Notes: a model not told the origin generated them from the letters alone. 57,342 bases of DNA, filler included, from Stramenopiles sp. TOSAG23-2 (GCA_900128395.1; 3 parts of 3 records of this genome joined end to end with filler, not necessarily neighbours in it), one strand, 5' to 3'; counted from the whole stretch's first letter, positions 11,561 to 22,853 are shown. Program-made: numbers and translations.

Positions 11561-13979
11561 ATGGAAGGAATGCGGGCATCGGCTCGTAGAGCTCTCACGG
11601 ATGATGAGTGTTTAAAGAAATTAATAAAAATATTGTTACGCGTTAAATCTGATACTTTCCTTCTTAGCGAAATAAATGCTGAATTAAGTAGAGAAAAATT
11701 ACCTGCTGAATGGCAAAGGTTAAAACAAACAGGTATTACTCTTCAAGTATTTAAAGCGCTAGGATGCATAAAATACGATTTGCAGAAACGTAGATTTTCG
11801 TGGATAACAGATTTTTATGTCAGAAGAAGTGCATTACGGCGTGATATAATCTTTGAAGATCCTGGATCAACTAAATTTCATTTGCCGGGTTTAAAGATAA
11901 TCTTGGCAAATTTTGGAAAAGTGTTAAGACCGTTTGAGGAGAAAAACAAACAGGCTGGCCAAAAAAATTTCTTTGCATTTGGAGACCTCAACTTGCCTGC
12001 CATGGACGTAAACAAAAGAGCTTATATGAAAACAATAAACAATTTGACATATCGCGTCACGCTTTTTATAATATATTTGGGATATAAGAATGATGCGAGG
12101 TATTTTTATACTTACGCTAAAGTGGCAAAGCAAGTTCGAGCAACATTTCTACGCCATCCCAGATATAGTGCCAAATGGCAAAAACAAAATCTTATTTTTA
12201 TAGTCAAATTGTTGTGTCGTTTGAATATTTTCAAAGAACATTTAAATTCAGATCCACGTTCACGTAGTTCGATTGATTATAGTTTGCCGAAATTTCCACA
12301 ACAGAATAATGAAATAAAATTTAAACCACCTGAAATGATAGAAGCTTTTCATAAGGACTTGTTTGTAAATAGAAGTAAGATTCATAAGCAACATAATAAC
12401 GATAGTAGTAGTAGTAGTAGTAGTAGTAGTAGCAGCAGCAGCAGCAGCGGAAGCAAGAACCGTAGTAGGAGTAACAAAAAGCAAAATGACTCCAGCAATA
12501 ACATCGCCACAACAAATAATAAAAATGATAAAAATAGTAGTGAAGTAACTAATGATAACACTAACAATGGTAATTCAAAAAATGGCATGAGTGTCAGCAC
12601 TACAAAAGGTCGACAGTTAAATGACAATCAACAAGGATCTTCTATACAAAAGGTTGTCAAGGATTCCTCCTCTAGCAATTCTATACTCACAAAACGAAAA
12701 GCTAGTAGCCCTGGTAATAATGGTAAAAAACAAAATGTGAAAAATAAAAAGATAAGACGCCCCACACCAACAAGTGCAACGTTAGAAACAAGTGAGGAAG
12801 AAGAAGATTCAGATGATGGCGATGATCAAGAAAAAGCAGAAGACGACGAAGAAGATGGTAGCGAATCAGATGGAAGTAGCGAAGCAGAATCGGAAAGTAT
12901 TAGTAGCAGTGAAGAGGAGGAGGATTCTGATGAGGAAGATAGTAGCGAGGATGATGATGAAGAGGATGAGAAAGATGATGAGGAAGAAGCGCAATCAAAG
13001 TCTAAAAAGCGTCGGCGTCGCAATGGGAGTAGCCGGCCACCTACTTTGAAGCGAAGAAACAATAACAGTAATAGTAATAGTAGTAGTAGCAGCAGCAACG
13101 ACAACAACAACCGTAGGAATAAAAACAACATTGATAATGACACAATCAACAGTAAAAATGGAGCGACCGTCAAAGCGATGAACAAAGTTCTTGCGACAAA
13201 CCCAAAATTAGCTAGTCATAGTTTGTTTAAATCTTTACGAAAAGCTAAACCTTCATCACCGAGAACATCATCTGTCTCGCCAACGATATTACAAGACACA
13301 AATTTACAAGTGATTACTAAGGGCATTAATGGACAGGCTTTTGAAGAGAAAGATAATGGTTTGGAAATGAATTCAGAAAAAATGAAAAAAAATGAAATGG
13401 AGAAAAAATATGTTCCAATGGAGTTGGACCCAAATACATTGGAATTAGTTGAAAGGCCGCCTGAACCAATTGTTGTTGAAGCCACGATCTCGGAAGATGA
13501 ACGAAAAGAGCAAAAACTTATTGAATTTGTTGGTGGAATGTGTTACTATCCATTTAACATTAGGGATAAACGTATATTTTTAAAAACGACAGATATGTTG
13601 GGTGCTAAGTCACTTATATTGATGAAAAGCATTAAAAGAACAGTTGTTGAAGGACATAATAGTAGTAGTAGTAGTAGTAGCAACAATAGCAATAATAATG
13701 GCAATGACAACGGTATGGGTAATGATGACAGTGCACCAACAACAACAACTACTACGACAACCACGACTACTACTACGACGATGACCAATAGCAACAATGG
13801 GAATAACAGCCATCCTATTACACCGCAAAAAAATGATATTTTTGTCGAACCAGTAAAGAAAGCAGTAACGTTACCATTTGATAATTGGGTTGTTGATGAT
13901 GTAAATTTACAAACATATAATCAAAGAATGAGTTATGGACACGACAAGAGTATTATGATTTCTGATGGAAAAAATGCAG
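11561..13979 (+). CDS. Putative nuclear protein, possible N-terminal winged-helix domain(s), long acidic/Ser/Asn low-complexity region; 3' end lost in N-gap
   Basis: Long open frame with a globular ~270-aa N-terminus, acidic tract and NLS-like KSKKRRRR. Runs into the gap at 13980. Confidence 0.7.
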
Positions 13980-14191
13980 NNNNNNNNNNNNNNNNNNNNN
14001 NNNNNNNNNNNNNNNNNNNNNNNNNNNNNNNNNNNNNNNNNNNNNNNNNNNNNNNNNNNNNNNNNNNNNNNNNNNNNNNNNNNNNNNNNNNNNNNNNNNN
14101 NNNNNNNNNNNNNNNNNNNNNNNNNNNNNNNNNNNNNNNNNNNNNNNNNNNNNNNNNNNNNNNNNNNNNNNNNNNNNNNNNNNNNNNNNNN
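13980..14191. other. Scaffold gap (212 N)
   Basis: Run of N. Confidence 0.99.
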
Positions 14192-14247
14192 CTTCTTTTG
14201 TTTCACAAAGCACGTTCTCAAACCTCTTGCGTCACACTTTTTCTCTA

Positions 14248-14877
14248 CTAATAACCTGCAAAATCGATAGTGGTCTTTTCAGCAAGATTCTTTAATCCAT
14301 TTTCTACTTCTTTATATTCATCCTCAGCTGATTTTGTTACTTTCTCACGAAAAGGCTTACTCATCATAATCCCCCCTATACTACTCCGTCTAACATTAAA
14401 TGCATTGTTATTAACGTTATTTGTGATATTTTTATTTTGATCTATTGAAAAATTTATTTCTGACTGCCGCCTTCTTCCACTACTGCCAACTGCGCTACTT
14501 TCACTAATCAATGTCTCTTTAAATGCTAACTTGATTTTTTCTAAAATTTCTTTTTTTGAATTATTTTGAATCATATGCATAATTTGATAAGCCCGGTTTG
14601 AAATTATATATATTGGTTTTAACGTATTATCAATATTTACATTGTTAAAAATCTCTTTGCACAATTTATTTTGTATAGAATAATACATCAGTGAAGAGCC
14701 ATATATTTTATGTACATCTTTACAAATTAAATTTCCACCATAAGAAGGCGTTTCTAAGTGGTTTGATATGACTTGAAATAATATTAATTTTGAATGAGTT
14801 AAAGGTTGTTTCTTTACAGTTGAATACACTTCATCCTTTGTTTTTAAAAGTTTCAACCGTGGTCGTATGTTATTCAT
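14248..14877 (-). CDS. Hypothetical protein, possible degenerate thioredoxin-like fold without CxxC
   Basis: 209-aa ORF. The pattern 'KLILFQV...LMYYSI...LKPIYIISNRAYQIMHMIQNNSKKEILEKI' loosely resembles redox-inactive Trx-like domains. Confidence 0.5.
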   Translation of the reverse strand: MNNIRPRLKLLKTKDEVYSTVKKQPLTHSKLILFQVISNHLETPSYGGNLICKDVHKIYGSSLMYYSIQNKLCKEIFNNVNIDNTLKPIYIISNRAYQIMHMIQNNSKKEILEKIKLAFKETLISESSAVGSSGRRRQSEINFSIDQNKNITNNVNNNAFNVRRSSIGGIMMSKPFREKVTKSAEDEYKEVENGLKNLAEKTTIDFAGY

Positions 14878-15568
14878 GCTTCAAATTGGTTTATTTTTGT
14901 TTGGTTTATTTTTGTTATTGTGACAATAAGCATCTATTGATATCTACTATATGTATTGTATTGGTTTGAATTGTTATTTATGTATAAGAATGTCGATAAT
15001 ACCCGTAATACTTTATATAGTTGCTACAGTATATAATAGTTGTTGTGTATATCTACAGTACAATAGTACACTGTCGTCACGACTGTAGAAAAGTAGCTCT
15101 AGAGCTCTGAAGTACTAGTAACTCCACTTTAACTTTAATGACTGATTGAGAAATAATATATTAAGGAAAAGTAAAAGTCTGCTGTCACACATCACAGCAA
15201 TGCTATAGCTATATCCTACTTATTATACTGTACTACTATTAATACTAGTACTATCATTCTTTATCCTAACACCAGGTTAAAGGTGGTACCAGGTAATTTA
15301 TAAACGTTAGAAATTTTGTTTAAATTTCTTCTTGCTGTGGCTGCTTATTCTGATGGTGGATGGTGGTCTGGTTTTACAAATATATATATATATATATTTC
15401 AAAATTATAGAAAAACAAAGTAATATATCTATATCCTCTTCAATATAAATCCTATACATATAAATACTATTATTAATCACCTACTGATTGTATTATTAGA
15501 TAACGATATACATACACACACATATATATAATATTCATATATATATATATATATACCGAGAAAAAGTA

Positions 15569-18244
15569 ATGGATATTATTAACAAAGAAAACAATACAAA
15601 TATACCGTCAAGAAGAGTAAATACTCCATCTGTACCCCCACCTCCTTTAACAAATACACCATTAAAAGTATTTGATAATAATAGCAACAGCTGTAATAAC
15701 ACACCGATCGTAAAGAAAACACTATATACGAATACTAAGAGAACATTTGAAGCTTTAGATAAAGCTGCCGTTTCGTCTACGATTAAAATGGATCAAAATG
15801 CTATTAGTAAACCTTCAACACCGGGAAGGAATAGTAATGTAAAAGACAATAATAACAATAATAAAAAAATTTTAATATCAAACTATGATGTTGTACAAGT
15901 TTTAATGAAAGGTAGTCAACCATTGGAGCCAGGAACCCCTGCTAAGGTAGTTAAAACAAACGATGAAACATGGCTTGTCCGCACGGACGATGGTGGTGTA
16001 TATCGTGTAGATGCGAAAAATTTAAAAGCAGTTGAAAATGGAAAGGAAGAAATATATACAACTGAAACAACTAGTAGAAATGTTGAAAATAACAATGATA
16101 ATACAGTTGTTTTTCCAAACAACGAGGGAAAAATAGTAGAAAAAAACAATATCAATTTTATCAAAGATGATGAACAAAAAGATGGTGAAAATGTAAATCA
16201 AGATAATAATGATATACAATCTACTTCCACTGTGCCTACAATTACTAGGCTGCGGGAAGGACAACAAATGGTAGAAGAAGCAATCATGTTAATGTCAAAT
16301 AATAACGAAAATTTAAATCAAGAGCTACAAGCATTGACAGAAAACAGCAATGATGCTATGGCTGGATTAGAATTTAGTCTATTAATGGGTTTAAAACCAG
16401 ATCCATCTTTATATGAACATTTAACTGTTGAGCAAATTCGTGAAAAATTGTCAGAGACGTATCAAACATTATTTGCAGCGATTGAAATTGGTACAAACGA
16501 TCAGTTGCCTAGATTAACTGAGACAGTGAAATGTTTAACCAGTCGTTTAGAAGAATTAGGTTATCCACAACCATCCAAATTAAGTGCACAAATTACAATG
16601 ACACGTGCGCAAATACAAGTAGCAGTGAAAGAAAAGAAATTCGAGAAATGTTCTACATTTCAAGATAAATTGGATGAATTAATTGCGCATGATACATGGA
16701 TACGAGATGCGACGAAAGATATCACATATGCTTTGCGAAAACAGAAAGAACTATCAGAAAAATTGAATGATGCAATTGAGAAAAAAGAATGGAGTAAATG
16801 TACCTCGTTAAAAGCGGAAGTAGAAACAATTGATAAAATTATATCAATGGTCAAATTAGAAAATTGTTTAACTGAGGAAGATATTGAAAAGCAAATTGCA
16901 CAAGTAGAAGCAGATATAGGTAAATCTGTGAAAGATGGAAATTATGGTGCGTGCGAAGTGTTAAATCGTAAATTAGAATCTTTGCACATAGCACGCGATC
17001 TTGCAAGAAAATCAAATCAAATGGATAAAGATGTAGATGCATCTTTCGAAATTGTGGAACAAGATATATTGCAAACACGTGAACGTGCAGCTGAGTTAAA
17101 TGGTAGTACCAACACGTTAAAAACACCTGTAGGAGGGCAAATGACTCAAAGTAACAATGCAACTGATGCAAATATACAAAATGAAATGGGACGTTTATCA
17201 CCATCAAATTTGCGTGCACATAATCAAGAGTTTAATTTAGCAAGATTTGGTAATATCCCAAATACAAATGAATATACTCATCCAAACAATGATGATGCAC
17301 AAAGTAGTATATCAAATTTCACGTCTGTTTCCACATATGATAATAATAAATTTGTATTTAAAATAACAGATAATGAAGGAAATACGCATCGTTTTAGAAA
17401 TTTTATAAATCGTTTCGATGCATTAGTACGCAAATGTGCCTCGCGAATTGGACTTGCTGAAGGTACATTTAAATTACGCTATAAAGATGAAGAAGGTGAT
17501 ATGGTTGTGTTAATGGATGATGATGATGTGCAAGAAGCAGTTGAAGCTACACGTAATCGCCCAACAGATAATAAATTTGTTAGATTGACCTATACAATGT
17601 TGGTAGTAAACCAACAGCAGCAGCAGCAGCAGCAACAACAACAACAACACAAGCAATTAGATGAAAATGATGATGAAGAAGAAGAAGAAGAAGAAGAACA
17701 AGATGATGAAATTCAATTAGAAACAAATGCACAACGACAATTAAATTTAAATGATTCTTCTGATTATGGTGATGAAGAACAACGAAATACAAAGTTGAAT
17801 AATGAATCTTTTCCATTCCCTGAAAATATTGATAATGATTGTATTGTTGAACGTATTCCAATAGTCAAACGTGTTTTAAGTAGTAAGAAGAAGAAAAATA
17901 TTATATTAGCAGATTCAGATGAAGATGAGGATGAATCAAGTGAAGAAGAAGAAGATGATGATGATGAAGAAGAAGAGGAATCAAGTGATGATGAATCAAG
18001 CGATGAGGATGATATTAGTGAAAAAGATTTTGATAAAAATTCAGTAGAGGAAGAACAAGAAGAACAAGAAGAAGAGGAATATGAGATGATCCTAAAAGAT
18101 AAGTCTAATTGGATTAATGAATCGACTGCTGCTTTTTCAAAAAATTTAAAATCTGGTATGCCATCATTTGATGAGCCCGTAACAATTGCTATTGCAAGTG
18201 GTGTTGCTGTTTTAGGATTACTATTTTTATTTAAACGTAATTAA
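15569..18244 (+). CDS. Tail-anchored PB1-domain protein with UVR-like helical repeats
   Basis: PB1 (FVFKITDNEGNTHRF...LRYKDEEGDMVVLMDDDDVQEAV), three UVR-like helical hairpins, acidic tract, and a C-terminal hydrophobic helix ending in KRN. Confidence 0.8.
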   Translation: MDIINKENNTNIPSRRVNTPSVPPPPLTNTPLKVFDNNSNSCNNTPIVKKTLYTNTKRTFEALDKAAVSSTIKMDQNAISKPSTPGRNSNVKDNNNNNKKILISNYDVVQVLMKGSQPLEPGTPAKVVKTNDETWLVRTDDGGVYRVDAKNLKAVENGKEEIYTTETTSRNVENNNDNTVVFPNNEGKIVEKNNINFIKDDEQKDGENVNQDNNDIQSTSTVPTITRLREGQQMVEEAIMLMSNNNENLNQELQALTENSNDAMAGLEFSLLMGLKPDPSLYEHLTVEQIREKLSETYQTLFAAIEIGTNDQLPRLTETVKCLTSRLEELGYPQPSKLSAQITMTRAQIQVAVKEKKFEKCSTFQDKLDELIAHDTWIRDATKDITYALRKQKELSEKLNDAIEKKEWSKCTSLKAEVETIDKIISMVKLENCLTEEDIEKQIAQVEADIGKSVKDGNYGACEVLNRKLESLHIARDLARKSNQMDKDVDASFEIVEQDILQTRERAAELNGSTNTLKTPVGGQMTQSNNATDANIQNEMGRLSPSNLRAHNQEFNLARFGNIPNTNEYTHPNNDDAQSSISNFTSVSTYDNNKFVFKITDNEGNTHRFRNFINRFDALVRKCASRIGLAEGTFKLRYKDEEGDMVVLMDDDDVQEAVEATRNRPTDNKFVRLTYTMLVVNQQQQQQQQQQQQHKQLDENDDEEEEEEEEQDDEIQLETNAQRQLNLNDSSDYGDEEQRNTKLNNESFPFPENIDNDCIVERIPIVKRVLSSKKKKNIILADSDEDEDESSEEEEDDDDEEEEESSDDESSDEDDISEKDFDKNSVEEEQEEQEEEEYEMILKDKSNWINESTAAFSKNLKSGMPSFDEPVTIAIASGVAVLGLLFLFKRN

Positions 18245-18394
18245 AGGAGTGAGAGTGTATATTACGAACCGTATAAAATAAAGAAGTATATTACACACAC
18301 ACACACATATATATTATATATATATACTTCGTCGTACGAAATATAAAATATACGTCGTATATAATTATACACCCCCTGTACCCTGCACCTCTTT

Positions 18395-19060
18395 TTACTC
18401 TACACAACATTTTACAGTATCATTCGTTACATATTGTTTTTGTACAATTACATACCAATTGTGATATTGCTTTCCAGCTTCTAAAATTTTCAAACTTTTT
18501 GTTTTATTGACTAAATTTTCTAATTCATGTTCTTCAAATAAATGATAATATCGCCATAATGTTTTAGATATACCATTTGTATTCGTTACAGTCTCATTGT
18601 TTTTGTTCATATTTGTATTCATAGAAGATGAACTTGAACTATTATCATTTAATTTTCTTTTTTTTATTGCATTGTTGTTATTATTATTATTATTATCATC
18701 ATAAACTTTTTGTAATTGCCATGGTATTAATACATCACTACTCAAATTTTGAAATTTCTTTTGTTCTTTTGTCCATACATATATTAATGCGGTACCACCA
18801 ACTTTTAAACATCGTTCAATTTCAAAAACACTTTTTTGTCGTTGAGAAGCATCAACAAGATGATGTATCACAGCAATGGACATGATAGAATCTATGCTAT
18901 TATTGCGAAAAGGTATATTTTCTTGGACAGATGCGACAGTACATATTTTTTTATCTTTTCCAACAAATTTTAATAATCCAGTCGATATATCTAAACCTAC
19001 ATAAAATAATTCATCTTTCCTCATACTCATATTTCTTCCATTTCCACACCCAACATCTAA
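18395..19060 (-). CDS. tRNA wobble-uridine methyltransferase TRM9/ALKBH8-like, 5' truncated by scaffold end
   Basis: The frame extends upstream of the listed ATG to the SAM motif LDVGCGNGRN at 19060. Also SIAVIHH, ALIYVW..EQ, DVLIPW, RYYHLFEEHEL and NWYVI. Confidence 0.88.
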   Translation of the reverse strand, partial: LDVGCGNGRNMSMRKDELFYVGLDISTGLLKFVGKDKKICTVASVQENIPFRNNSIDSIMSIAVIHHLVDASQRQKSVFEIERCLKVGGTALIYVWTKEQKKFQNLSSDVLIPWQLQKVYDDNNNNNNNNAIKKRKLNDNSSSSSSMNTNMNKNNETVTNTNGISKTLWRYYHLFEEHELENLVNKTKSLKILEAGKQYHNWYVIVQKQYVTNDTVKCCVE

Positions 19061-19061
19061 T

Positions 19062-19161
19062 NNNNNNNNNNNNNNNNNNNNNNNNNNNNNNNNNNNNNNN
19101 NNNNNTTAATTAATTAANNNNNNNNNNNNNNNNNNNNNNNNNNNNNNNNNNNNNNNNNNNN
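19062..19161. other. Artificial scaffold linker (44 N + TTAATTAATTAA + 44 N)
   Basis: Stop-in-all-frames spacer; identical 100-bp structure at 38222-38321. Confidence 0.97.
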
Positions 19162-19308
19162 TTACCAGTGCAATTTCTGAAAAGTAAGCGCAAGATTAAA
19201 ATACACACACCGCGTCATCTAATACGTGACGTCTCCGCGGGCTTCCTGTTCTTTATTGAAGAAATTATGAAACCATATCATGATGCGTTACGTATGCATA
19301 TCATATGA
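19162..19308 (+). CDS. Possible 3' end of a gene cut by scaffold start
   Basis: Open frame from the first base (LPVQFLKSKRKIKIHTPRHLIRDVSAGFLFFIEEIMKPYHDALRMHII*), higher GC than the AT-rich sequence that follows. Confidence 0.4.
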   Translation, partial: LPVQFLKSKRKIKIHTPRHLIRDVSAGFLFFIEEIMKPYHDALRMHII

Positions 19309-19584
19309 TAATTTAATATTTTATATGATATATATATGAGGAGTGTTTGTTGTGTGTTGAATTTTTTTACGTACGTTTTTAAAATATTACGCTTTTCGTG
19401 TATGATATAAAAAATTCTCTTAGTGCCTTACTTAAAATTTTAAAAAGATTTTATTTACTCATAAATATCGTGTATGATATATAAAATGTTCTCTTACTCA
19501 TATATTATATAAATTTCTTTTACTCCCGTTCATTAACATCTTAAATCAAAAATGATTTATAAAGTTTAGTTTAGTAAAAATTAT

Positions 19585-20130
19585 TTAGTATTCAAAAGAT
19601 TGTTCCTCTGTCTGTGATTCAGAGTTAGACGAAAGAGATACTCCTTCTCCATAAAGTTGTAAATCACATGGTTTAATCAATCTAAATGTTTTTGTATTGT
19701 CATTATGCATATCCAATTTAACTTTTAATTTTCCATCCTTACGTGAGGTCGCTTCAATAACTGTCCCTCTACTTCCTTGTTTAAATGTTGTCTTACCTGT
19801 TGTATAGTCCTTCGTTAATTGTAATATATATGTGTTTTTCTCTTACTCATATGTTATTTGTAATATAATATATATATTGATATATATATATGAACATAGC
19901 CGAAGTAAAGGAGCATGCAGCTTCTAATTGGATTTCTACCACATGTAGAGATATACAAACTGCGATTATTAAAACTTGCGAGTCTTACCTGTTGTATAGT
20001 CCTTCGTTAATTGTATTTCGCGCCCAACAATGCTCACAACATTCTGAGTCTCTTTAAAACTCAGAGAGTACATCTCAGGAGATGACTGTAATTGACTATT
20101 GTCACTATCTTCAAGATCAACATCCTGAGT
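19585..20130 (-). pseudogene. Interrupted gene fragment (SH3/KOW-like beta module)
   Basis: The frame ...VGREIQLTKDYTTGKT / TFKQGSRGTVIEATSRKDGKLKVKLDMHND...EY* becomes continuous if one 34-bp direct repeat (19790-19823, 19982-20015) and the intervening 158 bp are removed. Confidence 0.5.
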
Positions 20131-21229
20131 CTCTTAGTGTATGATATATATATCATATGATATTATATGTTACGAGCGCGTAGGATATTTTTATATATTT
20201 TAATGCACACCATAATAAAATTTTTTTACGAATCGAAATATTACGACTTCGTACTCGTACATGATTACCTGATTTTTACAATTATTGGAGCGAGATATTA
20301 AATTATTTTTTTACAACCTTCACTAATTTTATTATATATAACTAGGCTTACGCTGCCGGCATTGTTAAATAAACCATTAAATGATTCGGTGCATTTTTTT
20401 GTAACATGGTTTGAGAATGCCGGCATCGTATTCTTTTGTGGCGATTGGTAGTGAAATGTATATAGGAAAAGTTTCACGCTTAATAGTATGTTATTTTTGT
20501 ACTCAAAATAGTAGGTACACATCATGTACCATACACATAGGCAGGTTTTAAAAAGTAGGTACACAGCAGGTGTTAGTAGTGTGTGTATGTATTAAATACC
20601 ATATGCACAGCATTAAACATTCTACATATTTACTCCCTGCTATCTCCATATGTAAAATTACATGTATTTTTTTTTCAATAGTGTGTAGTTATATTAAATT
20701 TTATGGATATTAAATAAAATATTATACTGATATGTATAATTCTTACCATAATCAATATAGTGATTATTTACTATAATTACCTTAATTAAGATATCCTATA
20801 TATTATTCTCTTATCTTCATTATTGATAAATAACATCCATATTTACTTGTTTAAGGATTATTATACATTAGTAACTAAATTTACATTACAAAAACTTTTG
20901 GTTTAATTGGATTTCTTTTATTAAATTTTTTTCTCAAATCCACGCATCACTGCCTTCTAAAACTTGCTGCTAATGAGGTGCTAAATTAACAGAAAAATTT
21001 GTTGTAAGTTAATACAAAAAAATTTTCGTTAATTTTTCGTTGTTCTATTAATAGAATTGCTTTTTGATAGGACCCGTGTAGTAAGAACATTCAAATACTA
21101 AAACGTATAGGAAAAAATGGATAGTTTCAAAATACATGTATAGAGAATGGTATACTAACGATTTGTGCACTGCGAGATCTCAAATTTTATTATAAGATAA
21201 TTAAGTTTACGCATATTTTAATTTATATT

Positions 21230-22512
21230 TGGCAGCCAAAAAGATCAGACCAGCCATTTTACACATAGGATAAATGTTATACTCTTACTATACAAAAATA
21301 TTTTAAAAATTACTTTTTTGTGCACAAAAGTGCACTTTTTTTTGTTATTCTAATATCGTACTTAATTTTTCATTGATTTTCCCCCTTATCGAAGTAATTA
21401 TTTTTACTGGATTAACACTTGCACTTTTTTTTGTTATTCTAATATCGTACTTAATTTTTCATTGATTTTCCCCCTTATCGAAGTAATTATTTTTACTGGA
21501 TTAACACTGTATAGCAGTGAAGTGGTATCATAGACCTATACACCTGCTAATAATACATACATGATCCGGTTATTCAATGTACCCATATGAAAAATGATAT
21601 TTTAACATTAAATGGTAAATATTTTTCAGAGCGACAAGGAATACATTTCATATGGTGTTCTAACCGATTGGGATTCCATTCATACATGTCAGGGATGATA
21701 TATTTGGCCTGGATCCAGCAAATATTCATAGGAACAATATTTACATTCCGTGGCGTGTACCATTAGATTCTTCATTTGTCATAAATATAGCATATTTTCT
21801 TTATTCGATAACATTATAACGGTTTGTATAAATAATTGATTAGAAAACATCAATAAACGAGCTTGCAAGTAGGGAAAACATATCGATTACATTTAAATAT
21901 ATCATAGAAGAGGAAGCGATAAGCTTTTGGAAGATAAAAATAAAAATGTATAATAAAAAATGATAAAATATTTTATATTGAATTGACATTAATTTCTCTC
22001 TATTACACCAATATATCAATATTTAGCATAAATATAATTAAATCATTACACACGACGACACATATTAAATATTATTTTTGTACATATTTCTTCTACCAAA
22101 TTATAATTTACGTTTGTTAAGATATATGATGGATGTTTCCATTATATATACCACCACGAACGATGTATTTCATATTAATCTGAGAGTAATTCAAATATTT
22201 ACCATGCTGAAATATATTATTATTTTGTTGATTTGTATTCAATACGTTATGAAATTAATAGTAAACAGTTGAATTTTGTAATATTTTCAATTGTTACCTT
22301 AAAAGCCTATACGGAAATAGTATACTAAAATTATACTTAAAATATTTATTTTAATTATTTTAAGGAATTTTATTGGGAAACAAATTTACGTAATGCTATT
22401 TCCCTATCAATAAAACAGTAAAAAGAATTTTATTGGGAAACAAATTTACGTAATGCTATTTCCCTATCAATAAAACAGTAAAAAATGGCTGGTCTGATCT
22501 TTTTGGCTGCCA
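21230..22512. mobile_element. Non-autonomous DNA transposon (MITE-like) with 31-bp perfect TIRs
   Basis: TGGCAGCCAAAAAGATCAGACCAGCCATTTT at 21230-21260 and its exact reverse complement at 22482-22512. Flanks are ATTTATATT / TTTTATATT. No transposase ORF inside. Confidence 0.75.
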
Positions 22513-22587
22513 TTTTATATTTTTTTATATTTTTTAAAAACATAGCTATTAATTTAAAAAATACTCTCTCTCTCTCCGATAATGCAT

Positions 22588-22853
22588 TTAGGCGGCATGA
22601 AGAGCTATTTTTTTATATTGTAGTGCAAAGTTTGTCATGTAATATCTTGATACTGCACTAGCATCTACCAATCCATCTTCGCCTTTGAACGCGGCAAATA
22701 CTTTGCTGGTTATACTACCAGTATTTGGCCAAAATTTGTGGAACTCTTCTTCATTCATTCTCTTATCACCCATCCACCACCATCAAGATCCACTAAATTA
22801 AATATTTCACGGAATTCTGCTACTTCCTCCGGTGTTGCATCTGTACCTTCCAT
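22588..22853 (-). pseudogene. Frameshifted/internally deleted calmodulin-like EF-hand gene
   Basis: ATG at 22853 gives MEGTDATPEEVAEFREIFNLVDLDGGG, then a stop within a few codons. A shifted frame continues GDKRMNEEEF...SKVFAAFKGEDGLVD...*. Confidence 0.6.

Noticed and set aside
14192-14251. C-terminus of the 11561 ORF after the N-gap
   Set aside because: The gap length is an estimate, so the reading frame across it is unsupported.
19106-19117. TTAATTAATTAA palindrome within N runs (also 38266-38277)
   Set aside because: Artificial six-frame-stop linker. It is not biological, and gene adjacency across it is meaningless.
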